NCBI GenBank assembly: GCA_038844785.1
Contig: JAWBRA010000018.1
Coordinates: 1-32,413 of the forward strand
DNA: 32,413 nucleotides
DNA from: Candidatus Caldarchaeum sp.
Lineage (GTDB): Archaea; Thermoproteota; Nitrososphaeria_A; Caldarchaeales; Caldarchaeaceae
Direction of reading: 5' to 3'
In this document: positions 1 to 8,682 of the stretch, in pieces
Numbering within the stretch: position 1 is the stretch's first letter
Layout of the letters: each line of letters starts with the position of its first letter
Translations under genes and position numbers: made by a program
Notes under the pieces: generated by a model
Seen by the model: the letters and a program-made list of their open reading frames with translations, nothing else
Databases searched by the model: none
What the model was told of the DNA's origin: nothing

Positions 1-2
1 TC

Positions 3-203
3 AGCTATAAGGAAGATGAGGAATCTCCGTTTATTCCTTCAGGACATCAGCCAAACTATGATAAGGGGGAATCGTATTGTAGTAAGTGCTGTCAAACGTT
101 TATAAATAAGGATAAGTGTCCTAACTGCAACAGAATATTGAGGAAAAAACCAAGGAGAAAGAGAAATAAGAGCGTTTCAGGGCTTTTAACAAGCGATGGT
201 TGA
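3..203 (+). CDS. 3' part of a small Zn-ribbon protein with a basic tail (5'-truncated by the window edge)
   Basis: Manual translation, open from nt 3 to TGA 201-203: ...YDKGESYCSKCCQTFINKDKCPNCNRILRKKPRRKRNK... It has CxxC...CPxC followed by LRxKPR and is not in the ORF track. Confidence 0.6.
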   Translation, partial: SYKEDEESPFIPSGHQPNYDKGESYCSKCCQTFINKDKCPNCNRILRKKPRRKRNKSVSGLLTSDG

Positions 204-331
204 CTATGATGTTCTGCTCATAGCCCCGCACTCTGGCCAGACTGAGTTACCCCGGCCCTACATTGTAGGTATTGTGGCATGATTTAAAATGTTTTATTCC
301 GGCTGTTTTTTCAGCATGCGGAAGATGCTGT

Positions 332-1105
332 TTGACCGATTGCGTGGGGTTTGTTGAGAAGCTGTTTAGGTATCCGGTAAAGTCTTTGGGGGGCGAGGAG
401 CTGGAGATGGTTTTCATACGCGTTGACGGTGTTGAGGGCGATAGGAGGTTTGCTTTGGTGGATGAGGAGACAGGGCTGGCTGTTTCTGCGAAAAACCCTA
501 AGCTCTACTCAAAGCTGCTTGACGTCAAAGCTTTCCTCCGCGACGGGGGGCTGTTCATCCAAACGCCCGACGGAAACGTTTACAAAGACGACGAATGCGG
601 CCCTGCTCTGTCGGCGTTGACGGGCAGGAGGCTGAAGCTCATCAACAACGACGGCATTAGCCTCGGCTACGTGGGGTTGGAGGTTGAGTTCAGCGACGTT
701 GTCAAATATTTCGAGAAACAGGGTTTTACACGGCAGCAGACTTTCCATGACTCCCAGCCAATTCACATCGTCTTCGGGGAGGCGTTGAGTAGGCTTGGCC
801 TCGACCAGTCTGAGGCTGCGAGGTTCAGGCCCAACATACTCGTTGACTCGTCGGCGACCGAGCGCGATGTGTTAAATAAAGTTCTGGAGGTGGGTGATGC
901 TTTGCTCAAGATAGTCAAGCCGACGAAGAGATGCGTCATGGTAACCCTGCCGCAGAAAGACCTTAAGCACGACATAACCATCCTCAAAACAATCCGGGAA
1001 AGGTTTAACGGCGTTCTAGGGCTGTATGCTCAAGTTGTACGCGAAGGAGTTGTGAGAAAGGGTGACCCAATAAAGTTTTATCCTGCTGAAACCCTTCAGC
1101 CGTAG
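332..1105 (+). CDS. MOSC domain-containing protein (MOSC_N + MOSC)
   Basis: RYPVKSLGGE, GDRRFAL, FHDSQPIH, RFRPNILV, RCVMVT and GLYAQVVREGVVRKGD motifs. The real start is probably TTG 332 or GTG 344 rather than 272. Confidence 0.88.
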   Translation: MTDCVGFVEKLFRYPVKSLGGEELEMVFIRVDGVEGDRRFALVDEETGLAVSAKNPKLYSKLLDVKAFLRDGGLFIQTPDGNVYKDDECGPALSALTGRRLKLINNDGISLGYVGLEVEFSDVVKYFEKQGFTRQQTFHDSQPIHIVFGEALSRLGLDQSEAARFRPNILVDSSATERDVLNKVLEVGDALLKIVKPTKRCVMVTLPQKDLKHDITILKTIRERFNGVLGLYAQVVREGVVRKGDPIKFYPAETLQP

Positions 1106-1107
1106 AC

Positions 1108-1182
1108 GCGGCGGTAGTCTAGCCTGGTCAGGACGTCGGCCTTCCACGCCGAAGGTCGCGGGATCGAAGCCCGCCCGCCGCA
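1108..1182 (+). tRNA. tRNA-Gly(TCC), no intron, CCA not encoded
   Basis: Acceptor stem GCGGCGG/CCGCCGC plus discriminator A; D-arm TAGTCTAGCCTGGTCAGGAC; anticodon arm TCGGC-CTTCCAC-GCCGA; T-arm GCGGG-ATCGAAG-CCCGC. Confidence 0.92.
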
Positions 1183-1303
1183 CAGCTGATAAAAATTACG
1201 GCATCGACATATGAAGCCGCCGGAATAGCTTGACGCTTCTATGTCCTGTTCTGCCGAGGTAGACCTCGAGTCCATTTGTTGAGGAGAGGTGAAACGCTGC
1301 TTC

Positions 1304-2833
1304 CTACACCATCGGCCGCGGACGTCTCATCTTCCCCAGCCCAACAGGCTCCAAGTTGAAGACAATCGTCTTCAAAACCATCATCTCCTCTATCGAATAT
1401 CCTATTCCCTCCCTTCCAACTCCGGATTCTTTGACGCCTCCGAACGGGAAAAATCCCACACCATGCCGTGGATAATCGTTTATCGTCACCTCGCCAACCC
1501 GCAAAGCTTTAGCCACCTTCCACATGTTGTAAAAATTGTTTGTGAAAACAGCGGCGTCCAAACCGTATCTGGAGTGCAGCGATACAGAGAGGGCGTGGTT
1601 GACGTCCTCCACCTCCATGACCGGGATTACAGGCCCGAAGGTTTCCTCCCAGACGATCACAGCATTTTCAGGAACCGCGTTCAACAAGGTGGGCTGATGG
1701 TATGCTGCCTCAACCGAGCCGCCGTGAAGCATCTGCGCCCCCTTCTCAACCGCGTCCAAAACCATCGAGTGAACTCTTTTCGCAGCTGACTCGCTCACCA
1801 ACGGCCCCAGCCTAGTGAGCTTGTCCCTAGGGTCGCCAACCTTCCATTCCTGAACATATTTCAACACAAAGTCTACAAACTGAGATGCTACAGATTTCTC
1901 GACCAACACCATGCTGACCGCGTCGCATCTCTGTCCAGCGTTCTTCAACGCCCCCTCAACACACTTCCTCGCCGCAAGCTGCAGGTCAGCGTCATCCAAG
2001 ACGATTGCGAAGCCTTTGCCTCCAAGCTCGAGGTGTAGCCTTTTGTTGACTGCGTGCATGGCAATATTTCTCCCCGCCTCCGTGCTTCCTGTGAACGATA
2101 TCATTCCAACGTCAGGATGCGACGCCAAAGCCCTTCCAACCTCAGCAGGTCCTGTCACGACGTTGAGCGTTCCATCCGGCAGGCCTGCAAGCTGCATAAC
2201 CCTTGCCAGCAGTAGAGTTGAGATTGGAGTTTGGCTGGCTGGCTTAACGACTACAGAGTTGGCTCCCAGCAAGGCTGGTATGATTTTAGCGGCCGGGATG
2301 AAGAGAGGGTAGTTGAAAGGCCCTATCGCGCCTATGACGCCTACCGGCTCCCTTAAAACCACCGCGATTTTACCCACGGTGTCTGGGGACCAGTCGCCGG
2401 GTATGTATTCTCCGCTGATGTTGCGGGCGTCCTCCATGCAGAGCCGCAGCCTCTCCATTAAAGCTTCCACTTCACCAGGCGAGTCGCTTATAGGTCTCCC
2501 CATCTCATACGTGATGGTCCTGGCGAAATCCTCTAAATGGTTCTTCACTATTCGGGCTGATTCCTCCATTATCTCGATTCTGTCAATTGCCGCGAGCGAC
2601 CTTATCTTGTGTTGATTGTCTTTTGCGGCTTTAACAGCTTTCTCGACGTCTGCGGCGTTGCATTTCCTCACCCGCGCTATGACAGAACCGTCTATAGGTG
2701 AAACCACGTCGAAGGTGGGGCCGGTTAACGTGACCCGCCAGCCTCCGTCAACAAAGCTCCCGAAAACAGGCACTCCATTCTCATCCTCTTCATAAAGGTC
2801 TGAAAAAATCCTGTTGAACGGAATCAGGCCCAT
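1304..2833 (-). CDS. gapN: non-phosphorylating glyceraldehyde-3-phosphate dehydrogenase (GAPN-type aldehyde dehydrogenase)
   Basis: ALDH motifs PFNYP, VKPAS, FTGSTEAG, LELGG and catalytic AGQRCDA. GEYIPGDW, YGLDAAVF and INDYPRHGVGFFPFGG match archaeal GAPN. Likely start ATG 2833 (MGLIPF). Confidence 0.85.
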   Translation of the reverse strand: MGLIPFNRIFSDLYEEDENGVPVFGSFVDGGWRVTLTGPTFDVVSPIDGSVIARVRKCNAADVEKAVKAAKDNQHKIRSLAAIDRIEIMEESARIVKNHLEDFARTITYEMGRPISDSPGEVEALMERLRLCMEDARNISGEYIPGDWSPDTVGKIAVVLREPVGVIGAIGPFNYPLFIPAAKIIPALLGANSVVVKPASQTPISTLLLARVMQLAGLPDGTLNVVTGPAEVGRALASHPDVGMISFTGSTEAGRNIAMHAVNKRLHLELGGKGFAIVLDDADLQLAARKCVEGALKNAGQRCDAVSMVLVEKSVASQFVDFVLKYVQEWKVGDPRDKLTRLGPLVSESAAKRVHSMVLDAVEKGAQMLHGGSVEAAYHQPTLLNAVPENAVIVWEETFGPVIPVMEVEDVNHALSVSLHSRYGLDAAVFTNNFYNMWKVAKALRVGEVTINDYPRHGVGFFPFGGVKESGVGREGIGYSIEEMMVLKTIVFNLEPVGLGKMRRPRPMV

Positions 2834-2949
2834 CACCACGTTTCTCACTCTTTGTCTATTTAAAATATTTCGATAACAGACGGGAAAGCTAACGCATTTC
2901 AAACCATGCCACTTACCAGCCGATCATTTTTCGAGCCGCCAAATCCTAG

Positions 2950-3144
2950 AAATCTAGCACACAATACAACGTTAGCAAAGAAATTCATACGCAGACCAGC
3001 TTCACAACATATACAGCGGCGACCACGCCTCCGACATCCCGAGTGAGCCGATTGCTCGCCTATGCTGCCATGATAGCCGTAACCATCCTCTTCCTATTGG
3101 CCAGAAGTCAAATTGGGATGAGACGGCGACCGACAGCCGGTTGA
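2950..3144 (+). pseudogene. possible remnant of a surface-protein C-terminus (Thr-rich linker, TM helix, basic tail)
   Basis: Start-less frame reads ...HTQTSFTTYTAATTPPTSRVSRLLAYAAMIAVTILFLLARSQIGMRRRPTAG*, preceded by an in-frame TAG at 2947-2949. Confidence 0.35.
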
Positions 3145-3238
3145 AAACGCCGCCGAATTTTTGAAAAGCTGAGAGCTGTCGTGTCTGCCGACTGCTCTCG
3201 TTTAAGCGCTATGGTTTAAAACCAGATGTGGACGTTTA

Positions 3239-4138
3239 ATGCTGGGGTTGACGGCCTTAGACTGTCTGCTTAAGGCGGGTGAGGTGGCGAGACAGGTTAG
3301 GGCTGAGGTTCCCAGCATCGTCAAGCCGGGTATGACTTTGCTGGAAATCGTTGAAAGGGTTGAGGGATTGATTAGGGAGCGTGGATGTAGCCCCGCGTTC
3401 CCATGCAACATATCCATCGACAGCATTGCAGCCCATTATTCTCCGCCGCCCAACGACCCGACGATACTTCCGAAAAACGCGGTCGTTAAAGTTGATTTCG
3501 GTGTTGTGGTTGACGGGTACGTGGCCGACACAGCCATTACTGTGACTGACACGGCTTTGGGTGAGCTTTTGAAGAAAGCTGTTGAAGAAGCTTTGAAAGC
3601 GGCTGTCAAAACTGTGGCTGCTGGCGTGAAGGTTTCAGCTGTTGGCGCGGTAGTACAGAACACCCTAGCCCGCTACGGTGTCAAACCCATAAGAAACCTG
3701 ACAGGCCATGAGATACAGCGCTACAACCTTCACGCGGGTGTTTCTATACCGAATGTTTCTTCTGGCGACGGGACAAGACTCCAGCAGGGACATGTCTACG
3801 CAATAGAGCCTTTCGCAACCACGATGGATGCGGCTGGAGAGGTTAAAGACTCAGAGCCCGCGACGATTTACAGGCTTGAAGCAGCTAGAGCCGGCTTCAG
3901 AATGTCCGTTGAAGAGTCAAGGCTTTTGGCTGTTGTGGCGGAACGTTTTCACGGCCTACCATACAGCTTGAGATGGTTGAAGGACCTGGACTTCGACGTT
4001 TCAACAGTTCATCAAAGGCTGGTGAGGCTTGGGCGTGTCAAGGCTTACCCCATGCTTGTGGAGAGGACAGGAAAGCCGGTCGCTCAAGCAGAGCACACTG
4101 TCTTAGTGGAGAAAGACGGCTGCACCGTCATCACTTAG
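3239..4138 (+). CDS. map: methionine aminopeptidase type II
   Basis: AFPCNIS, AAHYSP, KVDFG..DGYVADTA, NLTGH, LHAG, AIEPFAT and AQAEHT metal-site motifs, plus the type II helical insert. Confidence 0.95.
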   Translation: MLGLTALDCLLKAGEVARQVRAEVPSIVKPGMTLLEIVERVEGLIRERGCSPAFPCNISIDSIAAHYSPPPNDPTILPKNAVVKVDFGVVVDGYVADTAITVTDTALGELLKKAVEEALKAAVKTVAAGVKVSAVGAVVQNTLARYGVKPIRNLTGHEIQRYNLHAGVSIPNVSSGDGTRLQQGHVYAIEPFATTMDAAGEVKDSEPATIYRLEAARAGFRMSVEESRLLAVVAERFHGLPYSLRWLKDLDFDVSTVHQRLVRLGRVKAYPMLVERTGKPVAQAEHTVLVEKDGCTVIT

Positions 4139-4358
4139 CCGTCTTCTTCTCAGGCACGTAAATGTTGGTTATCTTGCTCTGCATCCCACCGCATTTTGGG
4201 CATTTCTCTGAGTCAACTATCTTCAGTATGTAGTCTTCTTCCTTGAAAGGTCTTGAGTTTTCGGTTCCGCATGTGAGACATTTTAGAAACGTCAGCGGAT
4301 GCGGGTACTTTTCCTTTAGACGGGGGCCGAAAACCAACGACGGCTCAGATGTCATCAT
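4131..4358 (-). CDS. small Zn-ribbon protein
   Basis: CLTCG...RPFKEEDY...CPKCGG...ITNIY; 4-nt overlap with the DUF1512 gene suggests translational coupling. Confidence 0.75.
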   Translation of the reverse strand: MMTSEPSLVFGPRLKEKYPHPLTFLKCLTCGTENSRPFKEEDYILKIVDSEKCPKCGGMQSKITNIYVPEKKTAK

Positions 4359-5500
4359 ACACCCACGCCTATCGTGTTTCCTATTCCAGCAACCACAGCC
4401 GTTTCACCGCCGTCCACCTTCTCCAGAATGAGCTTCTTAACCCTCGCCAAGACGACGTCAGCAGCCTTAGCTATCGACTCACGCATGGGCGTTATCGCTT
4501 CTGTTATCGATTCAAACACGACGAAGGCGTAGAGAGGGATTCCACGGCTTCTCGCAAGCTCCTCTATCTTGTATTTGTCAACGCCAGGGCCTCCGATGGC
4601 CACTCCCACCCCCTCCACTACCTTTCCGCTCTCCTCACCCTCGAGCTTTAGAGCGGCGTCGATAGTTACTATCAGCTTTGGGTTTTGCGGCAATCTTTCT
4701 ACAAGCTGTTTGACGGCTTCGCCAGGCCTTCCCACAGTTCCACCCGGGCCGGCGGCTCGCACGACGTAGACTCTCCTGTTCTCCAGCTCAATCTCCTGAA
4801 CTATGGTGTCTTTAGCTATCTCATACCTTGCTTTCTCCAGGCCGTCCGCTAGCTTCGCGGCTACGAGAACCCCTATCCCATCTCCTATGGGCTGGCCTTT
4901 GCTGAAAGCCACAGCCGCCTGCCTGTAGGACTCAGCTATCTCAATCAAGATGGGGAGAATCATCTGAATCTGCAGCACCATGTAAATGTTGGACGTCTTT
5001 TTACCGAGGAGGTAGTAGTGTCTGACAACGCGGTAAAGGGTGTTGATCCCCCTCAACACCTCAACAAGGTTTGTGAGCGATTTCAGTTGATGCTCGGTCG
5101 CATGGGGAGCTATCTTAGCCACCTCATTCTCGTAAGCGTGTTCGCCAGTCTCCAAAATGTGCTCCAGCTTGTAGACCAATCCGTACGGGTCCATCGACTC
5201 GGGCTGGATGAGGAAAAACTCGCTGAGCCTTTCAATTTCAGGAGCTGGGTCCGACTCAGGCTTGCCAATACGCTTGATTGTATCTACCGTCACCTGGTTT
5301 ATCTCGTCCTTTATCATCTTAAGCTTGTTGAGCTTACGCTCCAAGTCCCTCAGCATGTATGAAAGCTGCATCCGCTGTCCGAACGACGGGTAGAGGAAAA
5401 AAACCATCAGAAAAAACAGCCAAATAAGCGATAGCAGGAGTGACAGTACGTTCTCGCCACCCGTGGAAGGGTTCAACAACGCTTGGAAGACGTCGGCCAT
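4355..5500 (-). CDS. DUF1512 family protein (N-terminal TM, archaeal)
   Basis: N-terminal TM helix; P..MDPYG, PIGDGIG, GPGGTVGRPG, IDAALKLEGEESG..EGVGVAIGGPG and C-terminal GIGNTIGV. Confidence 0.85.
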   Translation of the reverse strand: MADVFQALLNPSTGGENVLSLLLSLIWLFFLMVFFLYPSFGQRMQLSYMLRDLERKLNKLKMIKDEINQVTVDTIKRIGKPESDPAPEIERLSEFFLIQPESMDPYGLVYKLEHILETGEHAYENEVAKIAPHATEHQLKSLTNLVEVLRGINTLYRVVRHYYLLGKKTSNIYMVLQIQMILPILIEIAESYRQAAVAFSKGQPIGDGIGVLVAAKLADGLEKARYEIAKDTIVQEIELENRRVYVVRAAGPGGTVGRPGEAVKQLVERLPQNPKLIVTIDAALKLEGEESGKVVEGVGVAIGGPGVDKYKIEELARSRGIPLYAFVVFESITEAITPMRESIAKAADVVLARVKKLILEKVDGGETAVVAGIGNTIGVGV

Positions 5501-5527
5501 TTTCTACCACTGTTGAAAATCCTTCAT

Positions 5528-7327
5528 TTATAAGTTTGCCGCACCAGCAAAACGATGTTTTCTACCGCCCCCTCGGTCTAAAACCTTTTGTTTCGGATTT
5601 TTTACCGACTCGGCTAGCAGACTGCTTATTTCCTCAATCCTTTCTGTACAAGCTTTCAGGAGTGTTTCGTAGACTTGCAGGCTTCTGTCAAGACTTTCAC
5701 TAAGCTCCACCTCACCGTGCTCTATCTTTTCCATGTATTCCTCAACCATCCGCCTCGTCTCAGGGGTGACGAGTCTTTTATCGGTTGCTGCTAGAGCTTC
5801 TATAAGGTTCATGCCCAAGGGTGTGGGGATGAAATACCTTCCTGTTTTTCTGGCGTAACGCCTTTCTACTATTAGCTGCGGATACAAGGCTCTTGTGGCG
5901 TCTGTTCCTATCCCATGTTTTTCCATGGCTCTTAGAAGGTCGGCTTCGGTCAAGCGGGGAGGAGGTTTCGTCTCATCTTCTTCAAGCTTTACAGCTGTAA
6001 CTTTGAGCATCTGACCCTTGGAAAGGCTTGGCAGCGGGCTGTCAGACGGTCTAAAGTAGTTGAAATATCTGTAAAAACCTTCTGAGACGATGTATGACCC
6101 ATCCGCCTTGAGGCTTGTTTCACCAAGTTTTACCGAGGCGTGCTGCAATAGCTGCACAGCATCCTCCGAGAATGCGTTTGCGTAAAACCTTCGGGCTACA
6201 TATTCCCAAACCCTTCTTTTGACATCGTCTCCCTTGTAGACAGCCGTCGGATATATTGGTGGATGTGCTCCATCGTCTTTCCCGCCGTTGCGAGGGTTGG
6301 CGGTCTTGCGGCCCTCAAGCAAGCCTGGAAGGATTCCCGATCTCTCGATGATTTCACGCGGTGTGTCGAAGTCGAATCCAGGCCTGTACCTGTTTGTGTC
6401 GGTTCGTGGATAGCTTAAACAACCCTCTGCGTAAAGGTCTTCCATAATCGAGAGCAGCTTGTTGGCGCTGAGGCCTGTGATTCGCGTCAGGTCTCTCAAC
6501 ACGTCGTCGGTTCTCATCGGCAGCGGACGTGGGAGGGTTTTCTGTTCGGCTTGATACTCGGCTACAACTGCTTTCTCTACGCTTTTAACCGTTTCAAAAA
6601 CCTTTTCGGCGATGTCCTTTTGCCAGAACCTTTCGCTGACTGCTGTGAAGCCGTGGCCGTCTTCTGTCTCAAGCCTTGCCTTTATCAACCAGTATTTCTG
6701 CGGTTTGAAGGACAGTATTTCCTTCTCCCTCTCGACGACGAAGTTTAGGGTGGGGGTTTGGCATGAGCCCCAGCTTATCAGCCTAACCCTAACCTTTTTA
6801 CGCGTGGACTCCGTGAGGAGGCGTGTGAAAGCCGCTCCAGTGATGAGGTCGAAGACCTGTCTAAACCTGGCTTTCTCAACCCAACGCCAGTTAAGGTTTT
6901 GCTCAAGGTTTCTCCAGCTTGCGAAAAGCTCCCTTCTGTCGAGGGAGTTAAACCTCATCCTGAGACATGCGGCTTTTTCGCCGTGAAGCCTCCGGTATAC
7001 CTTCAGTATCTCGTAGCCTATCAGCTCGCCCTCCGAGTCGTTGTCCGTGGCAACCACCAGCACACCACCGTCGTTGAAGAGCCTAAGTAGGTTTTCGAAG
7101 GTTTTTGTGTCGGAGATTTTGTCAACCACGTTTCTAAGCTTGATTATTTCAAGAGGATGCTTCAACCCCCATTCATATCCTTCAGGTAGGTCGGCCTCCA
7201 TCAAATGACCTCGGACAGAAGACACCACGGCGTTGGCCTTGGCTGCGGCGATTACGCTTTTGATAGCGCGTGCTACACTGGCTTTCTCAGCGATAACTAT
7301 GAATCTTTCACCGTTCATCTTCTCCAA
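5528..7327 (-). CDS. topA: DNA topoisomerase IA (archaeal topoisomerase III type)
   Basis: TOPRIM IAEKAS, RGHL and ATDNDSEGELIG; SWGSCQTPTL; catalytic Tyr in LSYPRTDT; AHPPIYP; GIGTDATR. No C-terminal Zn ribbons. The start could be ATG 7318. Confidence 0.93.
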   Translation of the reverse strand: MEKMNGERFIVIAEKASVARAIKSVIAAAKANAVVSSVRGHLMEADLPEGYEWGLKHPLEIIKLRNVVDKISDTKTFENLLRLFNDGGVLVVATDNDSEGELIGYEILKVYRRLHGEKAACLRMRFNSLDRRELFASWRNLEQNLNWRWVEKARFRQVFDLITGAAFTRLLTESTRKKVRVRLISWGSCQTPTLNFVVEREKEILSFKPQKYWLIKARLETEDGHGFTAVSERFWQKDIAEKVFETVKSVEKAVVAEYQAEQKTLPRPLPMRTDDVLRDLTRITGLSANKLLSIMEDLYAEGCLSYPRTDTNRYRPGFDFDTPREIIERSGILPGLLEGRKTANPRNGGKDDGAHPPIYPTAVYKGDDVKRRVWEYVARRFYANAFSEDAVQLLQHASVKLGETSLKADGSYIVSEGFYRYFNYFRPSDSPLPSLSKGQMLKVTAVKLEEDETKPPPRLTEADLLRAMEKHGIGTDATRALYPQLIVERRYARKTGRYFIPTPLGMNLIEALAATDKRLVTPETRRMVEEYMEKIEHGEVELSESLDRSLQVYETLLKACTERIEEISSLLAESVKNPKQKVLDRGGGRKHRFAGAANL

Positions 7328-7844
7328 CCATTCCCAAGAATCTTTTCATGGCTGTGTCTCTCCTGAATTCCGTGATGGATTGAACCGCTACTACCTTTCT
7401 TTCTGCGGGCAGGTCAGCGATATAGAGCACACATCTTTTGTCCTTTAGCTTCTCGCCTTTTTTGACAACGTTGGATGCTATGGCTGGAGCTGAGACGATG
7501 AAGCTTCCGGACCTGCCTGTAATGATGGCGTGTCTATGGTCGCCCAGCTTGACGTAGGTGATTTCCAGCCCGTCGACCTCGAAAAACCTCGCGGGCTGCA
7601 GGTCTTTCGCCATGCTGAAGTCCTGAAACTGATAGTAGTCGTCTATTTTGACTGCCAGGCCTTTCACCGGCGAGCCGACAAAAGCCCATTCAGGCGGCTG
7701 CCTCATCCTGACCATCAGCTCCTCGCCCCCAGTAGTCGAAACCGTGAACATGTACAGAACACCATCTCTACAAGCCTTTGTGGAGACGTTCGATATGTAT
7801 CCGACGACCTGCCTGCCAGCCGCCACAGCCATCCAACGCCACAT
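7308..7844 (-). CDS. hypothetical protein (beta-rich, possibly OB-like), coupled to topA
   Basis: 178-aa ORF overlapping the topA start and preceded by an AT-rich promoter-like stretch at ~7860-7870. No motif recognised. Confidence 0.6.
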   Translation of the reverse strand: MWRWMAVAAGRQVVGYISNVSTKACRDGVLYMFTVSTTGGEELMVRMRQPPEWAFVGSPVKGLAVKIDDYYQFQDFSMAKDLQPARFFEVDGLEITYVKLGDHRHAIITGRSGSFIVSAPAIASNVVKKGEKLKDKRCVLYIADLPAERKVVAVQSITEFRRDTAMKRFLGMVGEDER

Positions 7845-7958
7845 AGCTTTTCGCCATCTATTTATGAATAGCCGGCGAAGCTAGCATGCCGTCGTCAAGC
7901 CCAGACCAGCAAAAGTCCTAAATAATGGAAAGGTCTACACGTTTCGGGAGCTCTCACA

Positions 7959-8032
7959 GCCCCGGTAGCGCAGGCTGGGAGCGCGCCCGGCTGAAGACCG
8001 GGGTGTCGCCGGTTCAAGTCCGGCCCGGGGCA
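7959..8032 (+). tRNA. tRNA-Phe(GAA), no intron, CCA not encoded
   Basis: Acceptor stem GCCCCGG/CCGGGGC plus A; anticodon arm CCCGG-CTGAAGA-CCGGG; T-arm GCCGG-TTCAAGT-CCGGC. Confidence 0.95.
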
Positions 8033-8090
8033 TGTGGCAGACCATGCTTTTAAGATTATTGTTTATAAGATGCTTGTTGGAAGTTGTGAC

Positions 8091-8621
8091 ATGTCTCCTG
8101 TGACCGCTGTTTTTACATAGGTATAGCTATACTCCAGTTGATAATCGGTGTCGCCTTGCTCTGTTCAGCATCACGGTGGCCATCAACATTCTCAACCGTG
8201 CTACGAAAGACATCAACGAATTTGAGGAGTTGCGAAAACGCAATCTCGCTGCCGGTGTATACCTTGCAGGCATTCTTATCGCAGTAGGGAACGTAATTGG
8301 TCAGGCAGTGTCAGGAATCAGCAAGGCCGTTGTATTTGGAGCATTCAACCTGCCAGCCCTCATTGGAGGCGTTGTTCAACTTTTCATCGGTCTGCCGCTC
8401 GCCATCACAATCGTCACATGGGCGCAAAACCGGGTGGCCGCGTCAAAACTACGAGAGTAGAAATCGAGAAGTTCAACATCCAAGATGAATTGAAGAACGG
8501 TAACCTCGCCGTCGCAATCGTGTTGTTCGGGACGTTTGTAGCCATTTCACTCGTCATCAGCCAGGATGTCGCGTTTCTAAGCGAGCCGATAGTATCAGCC
8601 ATAAAAGCCTTCACAAGCTGA
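8091..8621 (+). pseudogene. frameshifted tandem DUF350-like membrane protein
   Basis: The pieces MSPVTAVF / YIGIAILQLIIGVAL / ALFSITVAINILNRATKDINEFEELRKRNLAAGV... / EKFNIQDELKNGNLAVAIV... lie in different frames. There are two EL..(G/R)NLA DUF350-type repeats. Confidence 0.7.
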
Positions 8622-8682
8622 AACACGTCCTTTTTATCAAAACATTAAAAACATAAAGCCCTCCAAGAACTTCAGTAGGTGA

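Noticed and set aside
1108-8032. tRNA genes as integration (att) sites of a provirus
   Set aside because: No duplicated tRNA 3' end and no integrase seen in the window.
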